Shown here piece by piece: positions 46,862 through 55,905 of a stretch of DNA of 64,000 nucleotides. The notes below the pieces were generated by a model that made no database searches, was not told where the DNA came from, and saw nothing but the letters and a program-made list of their open reading frames with translations. Each line of letters opens with the position of its first letter. The stretch's first letter is position 1. The translations under genes were made by a program, and so were the position numbers. The stretch covers positions 1-64,000 of the IMG/VR virus record IMGVR_UViG_3300042879_003994; one strand, written 5' to 3'. The stretch is from a virus.

Positions 46862-49436
46862 TTTCTTAGAAGACAAAAATTTTTCTTCTAAATTTGAAGA
46901 TGTAGATTTAGGCCTACATGGAGTAAGGCTTCCAGAATTTACTATCGAATCTTCATCTAAAAGACATCTTAATCTTAGTGAAGATGTTACAAATTACGAC
47001 TTTCTTAGAGCCTTGTCATTAAATGGGTTTAAAGAACTAAAAATAGATAAATCTTTACCAGAATATAAAAAATATGTAGATCGCGCAAAGTACGAGTTGG
47101 AAACTCTAAGAGAGCTAGGCTTTATTGATTATATCCTTTTAGTTTGGGACGTAATTAATTTTTGTAAAACTAATAATATACCAATTGGATTAGGTAGAGG
47201 TTCTGCCGCTGGTTCATTAATTTTATATCTCATTGGCGTGACAAGAATTGATCCAGTTAAATATAACCTTTATTTTGAAAGATTTATATCTAAGATTCGT
47301 GCTAAAAAGCAGGTTATTGATGGAATAACCTATCTAGATGGCAGTTTAATGTGTGACGTAGATCTTGATATTTGTTATTATAATCGCCACAAAGTATTAG
47401 AATATCTTGAGAATAAATTCAGAGGTAAAACAAGTAAAATTCTTACTCTGAATACTTTAAGTGGAAAACTATTAATTAAAGAGTGTGGAAAAATTATTGG
47501 TGAAAAAACCGAAGAAGAAATGACAATGATCTCCTCTTTAATTCCAAAAATATTCGGCCAAGTTAAAGATATTACAACTGCCTATGAGGAAGTACCAAAA
47601 TTTAAAGAATGGTGCGATGAAAATAAAGAGGTATATGAAATTGCTTTAAAGCTAAGAGATCTAATTAAAAATAAAGGCGTACATCCATCTGGAGTTTTGC
47701 TATCATATGATGATTTAGAAAAAGTCTGCCCTACAGAATTTTCCTCAGATAAAGAACCAGTATCAAGTTTTGATATGAATTGGGTTAGTGTTTTTAATAT
47801 TAAGCTTGATATTTTAGGTTTAAGAAGTGTGTCGGTAGTTCATGACGTATGCAAAAATATTGGAATAAAAATTCAAGACATTGATCTAAATCATGAATCA
47901 ATTTATAGAAATCTTCAAGACTTGAAATCTCCTCATGGACTTTTTCAAATCGAAGCAGATACAAATTTTAAAGTCTGTCAAAAAGTAAAACCAAAGAACT
48001 TAGAAGAACTAAGTGGAGTTCTTGCTCTTGCGAGACCTGGAGCTTTACAATTCGTAGATAAATATGCAAAATACACAAATACTGGAGATTACGAAGGAAT
48101 TCATCCTTTCTTTGATGACACCTTAAAACATACTGGTGGAGTTGCACTTTATCAAGAGCAATTAATGCAAATGGCTCATAAGATCGGATTTACTCTTGAT
48201 GAAGCAGAAATTTTAAGGAGAATCGTTGGAAAGAAAAAGATTGATGAAATTAAAGCTTGGCAAAAGAAAATTGAGTCCAAGATTAAGCAGAATAAATTAC
48301 CAAAAGAAGTCGGAGAAATTCTATGGAAAATTATGGAAGATTCTGCGAACTACTCATTTAATAAGTCTCATTCTCTTGCCTACGCAGCTTTAGCAGCAGT
48401 AACAATCTATCTTAAATTTAACTATCCCCAACAATTTTTCTTATCTTTACTCAAGATGAGTAGAAATGAACCTGATCCAATTGGAGAAATTTCCAAGATT
48501 CAGAAAGAAATGCATGAGTTTGGTATAGAATTATTACCACCTCATATCATTAAATCGGATATGGATTTCTCTATCGAAGATAAAGACATAAGATTTGGAC
48601 TTCTATCAATTAAAGGTATTTCGGATAAGTCTATAGAAAAACTAAATAGTTTTCGTAATAAATATTCTAATAAATTTGAAATTTTTCAAGCAGCAGAAGA
48701 GGCTGATCTTAATATTGGAGTATTATCAGCTTTAATTCAAGCTGGCGCTTTAAGTGGATTTAATCAATCTAGAAGTAAAATAGTATTGGAAGCTCAACTT
48801 TGGAATGTCTTAACCTCAAAAGAAAAGAAATACGTAATCTCTTTCGCTGAGAAATTTGATTATGACTTAATTAAGATAATTAAACATTTAAATAAATTTA
48901 CTGACGAAAAGAATCATATAGTAATTAAAGATACTAGATTAAATACAATTAAAAATAAGTATGACCCATATCTAAAAATCTATAATCAAAATAGTAAAAG
49001 TGAAAGTTTCGCTAATTGGTATTACGAGAAAAAGCTACTAGGTTATACTTATAATAAAAATCTAAAAGAGATATTTTCTGAGAAAAGAGAGAATTTAAAA
49101 TATATTTATGATTTAGCTGAAGAACCTATTAATTCTAAGATTGCTTTTGTAGGTCAAATAGAAGAAGTTTACTCTGGCGTATCTAAAAACGAAAAGAAGA
49201 CTAGGTATGTTAGGTTAAAGATATCCGATGAAACTTCATCAATCAATGCTCTTATATTTAATGATAATATTGAAAATAATAAACTATTAAATAATAAAGC
49301 TTTCGAAGAAGGTAATATTGTAATAGTTAAAGGATTAAAGAAAAATGATTGTATATTTGCAGACTTAGTAGCCATTCAAGATCACGAAATATACATGAAG
49401 TTAAATGATTTAAAGAAAATAGATAAAAATAATTGA
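46842..49436 (+). CDS. dnaE: DNA polymerase III alpha catalytic part, lacking the PHP domain
   Basis: GRGSAAGS, FERF, CDVDLD, KLDILGL, YQEQ, YSFNKSH and C-terminal OB fold. Confidence 0.93.
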   Translation: MKANLNNFLEDKNFSSKFEDVDLGLHGVRLPEFTIESSSKRHLNLSEDVTNYDFLRALSLNGFKELKIDKSLPEYKKYVDRAKYELETLRELGFIDYILLVWDVINFCKTNNIPIGLGRGSAAGSLILYLIGVTRIDPVKYNLYFERFISKIRAKKQVIDGITYLDGSLMCDVDLDICYYNRHKVLEYLENKFRGKTSKILTLNTLSGKLLIKECGKIIGEKTEEEMTMISSLIPKIFGQVKDITTAYEEVPKFKEWCDENKEVYEIALKLRDLIKNKGVHPSGVLLSYDDLEKVCPTEFSSDKEPVSSFDMNWVSVFNIKLDILGLRSVSVVHDVCKNIGIKIQDIDLNHESIYRNLQDLKSPHGLFQIEADTNFKVCQKVKPKNLEELSGVLALARPGALQFVDKYAKYTNTGDYEGIHPFFDDTLKHTGGVALYQEQLMQMAHKIGFTLDEAEILRRIVGKKKIDEIKAWQKKIESKIKQNKLPKEVGEILWKIMEDSANYSFNKSHSLAYAALAAVTIYLKFNYPQQFFLSLLKMSRNEPDPIGEISKIQKEMHEFGIELLPPHIIKSDMDFSIEDKDIRFGLLSIKGISDKSIEKLNSFRNKYSNKFEIFQAAEEADLNIGVLSALIQAGALSGFNQSRSKIVLEAQLWNVLTSKEKKYVISFAEKFDYDLIKIIKHLNKFTDEKNHIVIKDTRLNTIKNKYDPYLKIYNQNSKSESFANWYYEKKLLGYTYNKNLKEIFSEKRENLKYIYDLAEEPINSKIAFVGQIEEVYSGVSKNEKKTRYVRLKISDETSSINALIFNDNIENNKLLNNKAFEEGNIVIVKGLKKNDCIFADLVAIQDHEIYMKLNDLKKIDKNN

Positions 49437-49469
49437 CTTTTTTAAAAGTATCTGCTAACATTAGATAAT

Positions 49470-50012
49470 ATGATATCATTTTATAAACCAAATAGTAAAA
49501 ATACAGGCACAGCTTGTAGTTTCAGCGTAAATTCAAAAGATGGCTCCGTCTGGAGTTCATTAATTAAACAAAGCTCTTGGAATGAAGCAACAAAAACTGG
49601 TTCGTTCTCAGATAATAAAGATAATCCACAAAAGAGCGCAAGAGTAAAATTCTCAATGACAGAAGTAGCTGGCCTTTTAGAAGCGCTAGATAAAAATGTA
49701 GAGTTTTCAGCTTATCATTCTTCTGATAAACAAATAACAAAAATTAAATTCTCTCCATATATTAAAGACGATAAACAAGTCGGATTTTCTTATAGCGTAA
49801 ATAAAGAAAGCAAAGATAATATAGAGAATAAACAATCATTTTTACTTGGCTTTTATTTTAATGAAGCTCGTTTATTGAAAGAATTTCTTACCCACGCACT
49901 AAACTCTATTTTTAAGGCTCAAGAGGTTGAAGCGATTAAGAAAATAAAAAATTCAAAATCAGCCCAAAATTCAGATAAATCAGATTCACAAGAAGATAGC
50001 GAACTTTGGTAA
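49470..50012 (+). CDS. Whirly-like putative ssDNA-binding protein
   Basis: SFYK, FSMTEV..L and EF..YH pattern; acidic tail DSQEDSELW. Confidence 0.5.
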   Translation: MISFYKPNSKNTGTACSFSVNSKDGSVWSSLIKQSSWNEATKTGSFSDNKDNPQKSARVKFSMTEVAGLLEALDKNVEFSAYHSSDKQITKIKFSPYIKDDKQVGFSYSVNKESKDNIENKQSFLLGFYFNEARLLKEFLTHALNSIFKAQEVEAIKKIKNSKSAQNSDKSDSQEDSELW

Positions 50013-50014
50013 TT

Positions 50015-51928
50015 GTGAGAAAAAAGAAAATATTATTTCAAAGTGATTTTTCTTTAGCCAAGACAGGCTTTGGTAGAAATGCCAAAGCTTTGTTAAAATA
50101 TCTATATTCTACCAATAAATATGATATAGTTCAATATTCATGCGGAATGACTTATGATCATCCAGAATTTAGAAAAACTCCTTGGAGATCGGTTGGATCT
50201 TTACCAAATACTCAGCAAGAATTAGAACAAATTAATAGAGATCCAAATTTAGCTCGCATGGCAAGTTATGGAGCGCATCTTATAGACAGAGTAATAAATG
50301 AAGAAAAGCCAGACATTTATTTTGCAGTCCAAGACATATGGGGCGTAGATTTTGCTATCGAGAAGAATTGGTTTAATAAAATAACATCAGTTATTTGGAC
50401 GACTCTAGATTCTTTGCCTATTCTAGAGTCGGCTATTAAAAATGCCTCAAAAATAAAAAATTATTGGATATGGAGTAATTTTGCTACAAAAGCGCTCCAT
50501 AAACTTGGGTATAGTCATGTTAAAACTGTTCATGGCGTACTAGAAGATAAGGATTTCTATAGGCTATCTGATTTCGAAAGGAATCAACTTAGAAAAAAAC
50601 ATAATATCCCTCAAGATGCATTTGTAATAGGGTTTGTATTTAGAAACCAGTTAAGGAAAAGCGTCCCTAATCTTTTGCAGGGCTATGCACTCTGGAAAAA
50701 GCAAAATCCAGAGATTAAAAACTCATACCTTTTATTTCATACGCATTGGGGAGAAGGCTGGAATATACATAAGCTTGCAGCAGAGATAGGCGTTAATCCT
50801 CAAGAGATATTAACAACTTATGTATGTAAAAATTGTGGTGAATATGAAATTAAACCATTTAATGGTCAAGATTTAAATTGTAAATATTGTGGAGCAGAGA
50901 AAAGTCAAACAACTACTAATGTTGGACTAGGAGTTACAGAAAATCAATTAAATGAAGTATATAATCTTATGGATGTCTACTGTCATCCTTTCACTAGCGG
51001 TGGACAAGAAATACCAATTCAAGAAGCAAAATTAACAGAATTAATTACTTTAGTTACAAATTATTCATGCGGAGAAGAAATGTGTGAACCAGAGGCAAAT
51101 TCGCTTACATTAGATTGGTCAGAATATAGAGAGCATGGGACTGAATTCATTAAGGCTTCTACTTCTCCAGAGTCTATAGCAAAACAAATAAATATTGTAT
51201 ATAAGATGCCAGAACATAAAAGACTTGAGCTGGGCAAAAAGGCTAGAGAATGGACTATTAAAAATTTTGGAGTAAAGAATATAGGTAAGATTATAGAAGA
51301 TTTTATAGATGCGCAACCATTTGTAGATTGGGATAAAATAAAAGAGAACCCAGAAGATAAGAAAGATCCTTATTTTCAAATACCAAATATTATTGATGAT
51401 TCTGAATGGCTAACATGTATGTATCATAATATTCTAAAAATGAAGAATATTGACTCAAATGACGCTGGACATAAATACTGGATGTCAGAATTATCTAAAG
51501 GAACAAAAAGACAAGATATAGAAAATTATTTTAGAAATGTAGCTTTAAAAGAAAACGAAAATAAAAAACAAATAAAGTTCGAAGATCTTCTTGATAAAAA
51601 CGATAAGGGTAGAATCGTATATGTAATGCCAGAGAGCGCGGGTGATATATTTCTAAGTACCGCTTTATTTAAATCTATAAAAAATAGATATCCAGATTAT
51701 AGCTTATATGTAGCTACAAAACCTCAATATAAAGATATACTAGAAGGTAATCCTTACGTCCATAAATGGATTGAATATAATCCTATAATGGATAATCTAA
51801 TTTGGCTAGAGGGAAATAATCAACACAATGGATATTTTGATATAGCTTATTTGCCTTATACATGTACTCAAAGAAATTTAAATTATTTGCATAATGGATT
51901 AGATAAAATAGATTTTAATTTAGTATAA
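50015..51928 (+). CDS. GT4-like glycosyltransferase with CxxC-CxxC insert and C-terminal GT9-like domain
   Basis: TGFG, RNQLRK, GGQEIPIQEA, CKNC...CKYC and AGDIFLST...NPYV motifs; start uncertain. Confidence 0.8.
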   Translation: MRKKKILFQSDFSLAKTGFGRNAKALLKYLYSTNKYDIVQYSCGMTYDHPEFRKTPWRSVGSLPNTQQELEQINRDPNLARMASYGAHLIDRVINEEKPDIYFAVQDIWGVDFAIEKNWFNKITSVIWTTLDSLPILESAIKNASKIKNYWIWSNFATKALHKLGYSHVKTVHGVLEDKDFYRLSDFERNQLRKKHNIPQDAFVIGFVFRNQLRKSVPNLLQGYALWKKQNPEIKNSYLLFHTHWGEGWNIHKLAAEIGVNPQEILTTYVCKNCGEYEIKPFNGQDLNCKYCGAEKSQTTTNVGLGVTENQLNEVYNLMDVYCHPFTSGGQEIPIQEAKLTELITLVTNYSCGEEMCEPEANSLTLDWSEYREHGTEFIKASTSPESIAKQINIVYKMPEHKRLELGKKAREWTIKNFGVKNIGKIIEDFIDAQPFVDWDKIKENPEDKKDPYFQIPNIIDDSEWLTCMYHNILKMKNIDSNDAGHKYWMSELSKGTKRQDIENYFRNVALKENENKKQIKFEDLLDKNDKGRIVYVMPESAGDIFLSTALFKSIKNRYPDYSLYVATKPQYKDILEGNPYVHKWIEYNPIMDNLIWLEGNNQHNGYFDIAYLPYTCTQRNLNYLHNGLDKIDFNLV

Positions 51929-51942
51929 TATAAAATATTTAA

Positions 51943-53094
51943 ATGAGACTTCTAGACACATATGCTACTAATACAGGATCAAAGATTGACAAGCCATTTA
52001 TATATACAAAATTCTTTCCTTTACCAAAAGAAAGCTACATAACTTTCCAAGCACAAACGCCTTATGATTCTAGAAATTATTCTTACTGGCAAGAAGTAAT
52101 AGCTATTATACATCCATATTTATTGAAAGAAAATATACATATTTTACAAGTTGGCACGAAAGAAGAGAAAGCCGTAAATGGCACAATGAGTATTTTAGGT
52201 CAAACTACTTTAAATCAATTAGCATATGTCATAGAGAATGGTATTTTACATTTTGGAGCGGATAGCCTCTCAGTGCATCTAGCTTCTCATTTCAATAAAC
52301 CCATAGTCTCACTTTACAGTATAAGTAATCCAAATGTAGCCGGACCACATTTTGGTGATAAAAATAAGCATGTACTTTTAAAAGGCTATGAAAGAGTTGG
52401 TAATAAAAAACCCTCCTATTCTCAAGTAGAATCTCCTAAATCAATAGATACAATAAAACCAGAAGAGATTGCAGAATCAATTTTAAAATTATTAAATATA
52501 AAACATTCAAAATTACCTACGACAATATATTTTGGTTTAGATTATAATGTTAAAAGTTTTGAAATTATACCTGATGAAAATATTAATATAAATACTATAC
52601 CAATCGAAAATCCAATCATCAGAATGGATTATTTTTTTAATGAAAAGTCTTTTGAGAGTATTGTGTCTTTAAGAAAATCAATTGTCTTTACGAATAAACC
52701 AATTAAAAAAGATCTTATACAAAAATATCGCAAAAATATCAATCAATTAATCTATATTATTGATGAAAATAATGATGTTAATTTTGTTAAAACTTTAAAA
52801 AATAATTCAATAAATTATGTCCTACTTTCTTTCCTAGAAGATAATATATTAAATAAATATAAATTAGATTACATGGACTATAATTTAATAGTAAATAAAA
52901 AGCATAAAACAAAAAAAGATACAAATATTGAAACCGTAGATAATCTTTATTATAAATCTTCAAGAGTACTACACTCTTCAGAAGGTCAATTTATATCAAG
53001 ATATGATTGGCTAAATAGAACTGGAAATAAAGTGGTCGATGATCCAGAGTTTTGGAAAGAAAGTGATAATTTCTATATTTTTAAGTTGACTTGA
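51943..53094 (+). CDS. GT9-like glycosyltransferase domain protein
   Basis: ILQVG and GADSLSVHLAS..KPIVSLY motifs. Confidence 0.7.
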   Translation: MRLLDTYATNTGSKIDKPFIYTKFFPLPKESYITFQAQTPYDSRNYSYWQEVIAIIHPYLLKENIHILQVGTKEEKAVNGTMSILGQTTLNQLAYVIENGILHFGADSLSVHLASHFNKPIVSLYSISNPNVAGPHFGDKNKHVLLKGYERVGNKKPSYSQVESPKSIDTIKPEEIAESILKLLNIKHSKLPTTIYFGLDYNVKSFEIIPDENININTIPIENPIIRMDYFFNEKSFESIVSLRKSIVFTNKPIKKDLIQKYRKNINQLIYIIDENNDVNFVKTLKNNSINYVLLSFLEDNILNKYKLDYMDYNLIVNKKHKTKKDTNIETVDNLYYKSSRVLHSSEGQFISRYDWLNRTGNKVVDDPEFWKESDNFYIFKLT

Positions 53095-53120
53095 AATATA
53101 AAGCATGCTATCATCATAAA

Positions 53121-53930
53121 ATGAGCCCAAAAATTAAAGATAACGAAGAGACAATTTCAATTGGTAGTTCTGAATTAATTAATCATGTATCTCAGACTTT
53201 TGAATTGACTAGTAAACCAGTCACTCAAACACCTCCTAATATTATCACAAGAAATCAATACGGTCTATTAGAGAATAATAATATTACTTATATATATAAC
53301 GAAGATGGTACGATTAATTGGAGAAAGATGGTTAAAACAGAGTACCTTGTTCCAAATCGTCAAAAGACTCAAGAGACAGATGTTTCAAAATTAGAAGATA
53401 AAGATCTTCTCATACTCCTTGGTGGAATTAAAGAATTAGCTCAAATTAGAGGCTATACAACTGTAGAATACAAAGTTGTTGCTGCAACAGAAAATTATTT
53501 TGCTACAAGCTGCAGAATTATATGGATTCCTAATTACGAGACCGGTGGCAGAGAGATAGCATTTGAAGCTCTTGCCGATGCCACTTCTAATAACACTAAA
53601 TCTTTCGCCAGATTCTTTCTAGCTGCAATCGCGGAGAATCGAGCATTTGTTCGTTGTGTCCGTAATTTTCTTAAAATTAATATCGTCTCTCAGGAAGAGC
53701 TTGGTGATGCTAAATTACTGGATGATTCTAGTACTACGATAGAAAATCCAACATCTCCACAAAATCTTTTAGAAAAGACAATGAAAGATAAAGGGATTAC
53801 ATTTGATATTCTTAAAAAGAAATTGATCAAAGAAAAGTTTGATGGAGCAGAAAACTTTAATGTTATTACCGATATCCCAAAAGTAAAAATATTCGAACTA
53901 ATTGATAGAATTAAAAAAATTAAAGATTAA
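53121..53930 (+). CDS. Putative Rad52/Sak-like single-strand annealing protein
   Basis: A.ADA...N and AIAENRAFVR.VR......S.EEL patterns; start moved to ATG 53121. Confidence 0.5.
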   Translation: MSPKIKDNEETISIGSSELINHVSQTFELTSKPVTQTPPNIITRNQYGLLENNNITYIYNEDGTINWRKMVKTEYLVPNRQKTQETDVSKLEDKDLLILLGGIKELAQIRGYTTVEYKVVAATENYFATSCRIIWIPNYETGGREIAFEALADATSNNTKSFARFFLAAIAENRAFVRCVRNFLKINIVSQEELGDAKLLDDSSTTIENPTSPQNLLEKTMKDKGITFDILKKKLIKEKFDGAENFNVITDIPKVKIFELIDRIKKIKD

Positions 53931-55063
53931 ATAAAATATATATTATCAATAGTGTAGCAGATATTTATAGTTTCGCCTACCAAACTTTGGTCATCATTAT
54001 CAAAACCGCCACACTCTACGGCAAAATAATCGTCTTTAAAAGTTGGCCCAGATGAGATAGAATATGATCTTTCCTCTACTATCGTACCATCAAAATCATC
54101 ATCGCAACAAGGCGTTTTTCCTTCAGTTCCACCATAATAAAAAATGACTCTTCCAGAGATACTCTTGTATTTTTTGCCGAATTCCTCTTTGGGCGCGGCA
54201 ATTTTAAACTTTAGTTTCTGAGATGTCGTAGAATTTGCGTTAGGATCGTCAAGATTATTATCAACTATTGAAAAGGGCGAAGCACTTCCCCAGCAATCGT
54301 CTTTTTTTCCATCGCCGCATCTTTCATTTTGACAGTTTTGTGGACCATTAGACTCTAGAAGAGACATTTTCTTTTCAACAGAAGATTTGCAAAGATTATA
54401 AAAAAAAGATAAATTTTTATTTTCGTTTAAAGAAAATCGAATATATTCACTTAAGCTACTATTAGCCCAATATGTAAATCCACTTACATCTGTTGAAGCA
54501 TCGCATTGATTTGTATATTGAGAACTTGAAATTGTGCAAGTATCTATATTATTACAACTTTCACTACAATCTGGCGAAACAGGACCAGGATTAGGAGTGC
54601 AATATAAATTACCAGGCACACTACCTAAATTCCCGTCCTGAGTTATTCTATCTTCTTCGCATGAATTTTTTTTAGCTACACTTTGATAAAAATAAGAACC
54701 AACAGCTGTTCCGTCAATATATATATCACAACCATCCCCTGCGTAATCTGAAAAATTCATACTAATTACAGCATTTAATCCTATAGCAATTATTCCAAAT
54801 TCATCAATAGCATAAGAATATTTTTCATTATGCGAATAATTTAGACTTGTATTCGATGAATAACATATAACATTATCGGCTGCATTACGACTTTTCCCAC
54901 CTGAACCAATTTTTGATCCAAATGGATCATTAGAAAAATCTCCATTTAAACATCCAAAACCAACTTTTTCTTGAGAAGTACTAGCATTTAAAACAAATAA
55001 ATTTAAATTTGGTCCGCAAGACGCGCAACCATTTAACTCACTTGATGAACACGATCCTGGCAT
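53927..55063 (-). CDS. Cysteine-rich protein (20 Cys by count), paralog of 11056..12222
   Basis: Shared C-terminal domain; GTGTAA 9 nt upstream. Confidence 0.75.
   Translation of the reverse strand: MPGSCSSSELNGCASCGPNLNLFVLNASTSQEKVGFGCLNGDFSNDPFGSKIGSGGKSRNAADNVICYSSNTSLNYSHNEKYSYAIDEFGIIAIGLNAVISMNFSDYAGDGCDIYIDGTAVGSYFYQSVAKKNSCEEDRITQDGNLGSVPGNLYCTPNPGPVSPDCSESCNNIDTCTISSSQYTNQCDASTDVSGFTYWANSSLSEYIRFSLNENKNLSFFYNLCKSSVEKKMSLLESNGPQNCQNERCGDGKKDDCWGSASPFSIVDNNLDDPNANSTTSQKLKFKIAAPKEEFGKKYKSISGRVIFYYGGTEGKTPCCDDDFDGTIVEERSYSISSGPTFKDDYFAVECGGFDNDDQSLVGETINICYTIDNIYFI
54198..54313 (-). repeat. Second, inverted copy of the identical 116-bp tract
   Basis: Reverse complement equals 11836-11951. 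Confidence 0.9.
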
Positions 55064-55095
55064 ATAAGGATATTACACAATTATAATAACAATAA

Positions 55096-55392
55096 TTAAA
55101 GATCTTTATATTTAATTAAACCATTTCTTACAAAATATAAATTGATAAAAAATCCGCAAAACGCACTTAAAATATTACTTAAAAATCCATAAGTTAATCC
55201 AGATAATGGATTAATAAAAGAACTAATAGCTAAAGAGATCCAAAAGCTAGAGCACTCATGGCAAAGAAGCGGTTTATGAATATATGGAATCTTTGCTATA
55301 AAATTACGAAAAGGCCTTGCAACTTCAGTGTCACTCCAAGCATAAGTAATTCCTAGACAAAGAAAAAGATAAACTAGAAATCCGTAAAACAT
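55096..55392 (-). CDS. Small membrane protein with CxxC (DUF1360-like)
   Basis: Hydrophobic helices, P.R and LLCHECSSFW motifs. Confidence 0.6.
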   Translation of the reverse strand: MFYGFLVYLFLCLGITYAWSDTEVARPFRNFIAKIPYIHKPLLCHECSSFWISLAISSFINPLSGLTYGFLSNILSAFCGFFINLYFVRNGLIKYKDL

Positions 55393-55862
55393 TATACAAA
55401 GTAAACTATTAACTTATCTTCTTTTTCTACTACAGAGAAAGACTTAAACACTATCTTCTCTAGCTCAAGTTTTTTACAGAGACTCTTCCAATCTTCTTCG
55501 GTTTTACCAATTTCAAAAACTCTACCGCCACTATTCTTAAACATATTTTCGCGCATCATTCTCATATGTTCTTCCATTGGATCTTTAAATTGAGTAGCTT
55601 GGATCTCTTGGTTTTTCTCTTGAATGATTTTTTTAACCTCTTCATTATTTAAGAGATTATTAAAATATTCTGTTTCTGTTTGTAATTTGGATTGAAGATG
55701 AGCCTTAACTCTATTTTTACAAGAACAGTTTGGATTATTTCTTGAGCTAGTTAAATCTGCTAAAATTTCTGGAAACTTCTCTTTTAAAGAGTTAAATACT
55801 GTATCATTCTTTATAAAAATGCTAAAAAATAATGGGGTATTAAGTAATTCTTGAAATGTCAT
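55392..55862 (-). CDS. Hypothetical protein (NPNCSC motif)
   Basis: 156-aa ORF, TAATG-coupled to the next gene. Confidence 0.6.
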   Translation of the reverse strand: MTFQELLNTPLFFSIFIKNDTVFNSLKEKFPEILADLTSSRNNPNCSCKNRVKAHLQSKLQTETEYFNNLLNNEEVKKIIQEKNQEIQATQFKDPMEEHMRMMRENMFKNSGGRVFEIGKTEEDWKSLCKKLELEKIVFKSFSVVEKEDKLIVYFV

Positions 55863-55905
55863 ATATTTATATTATATATAATAGATTATATATTTCAAAT
55901 ATTTA

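Noticed and set aside
17837-49436. Introns or inteins in nrdA, nrdB, dnaB, the recA-like gene or dnaE
   Set aside because: Lengths are ordinary, motifs are contiguous, and no intein splice-junction or LAGLIDADG motifs were seen
11056-55063. Diversity-generating retroelement template/variable repeat pair
   Set aside because: The shared tract is fully identical, flanking differences are mostly synonymous rather than adenine-specific, both copies are coding, and no reverse transcriptase is in the window
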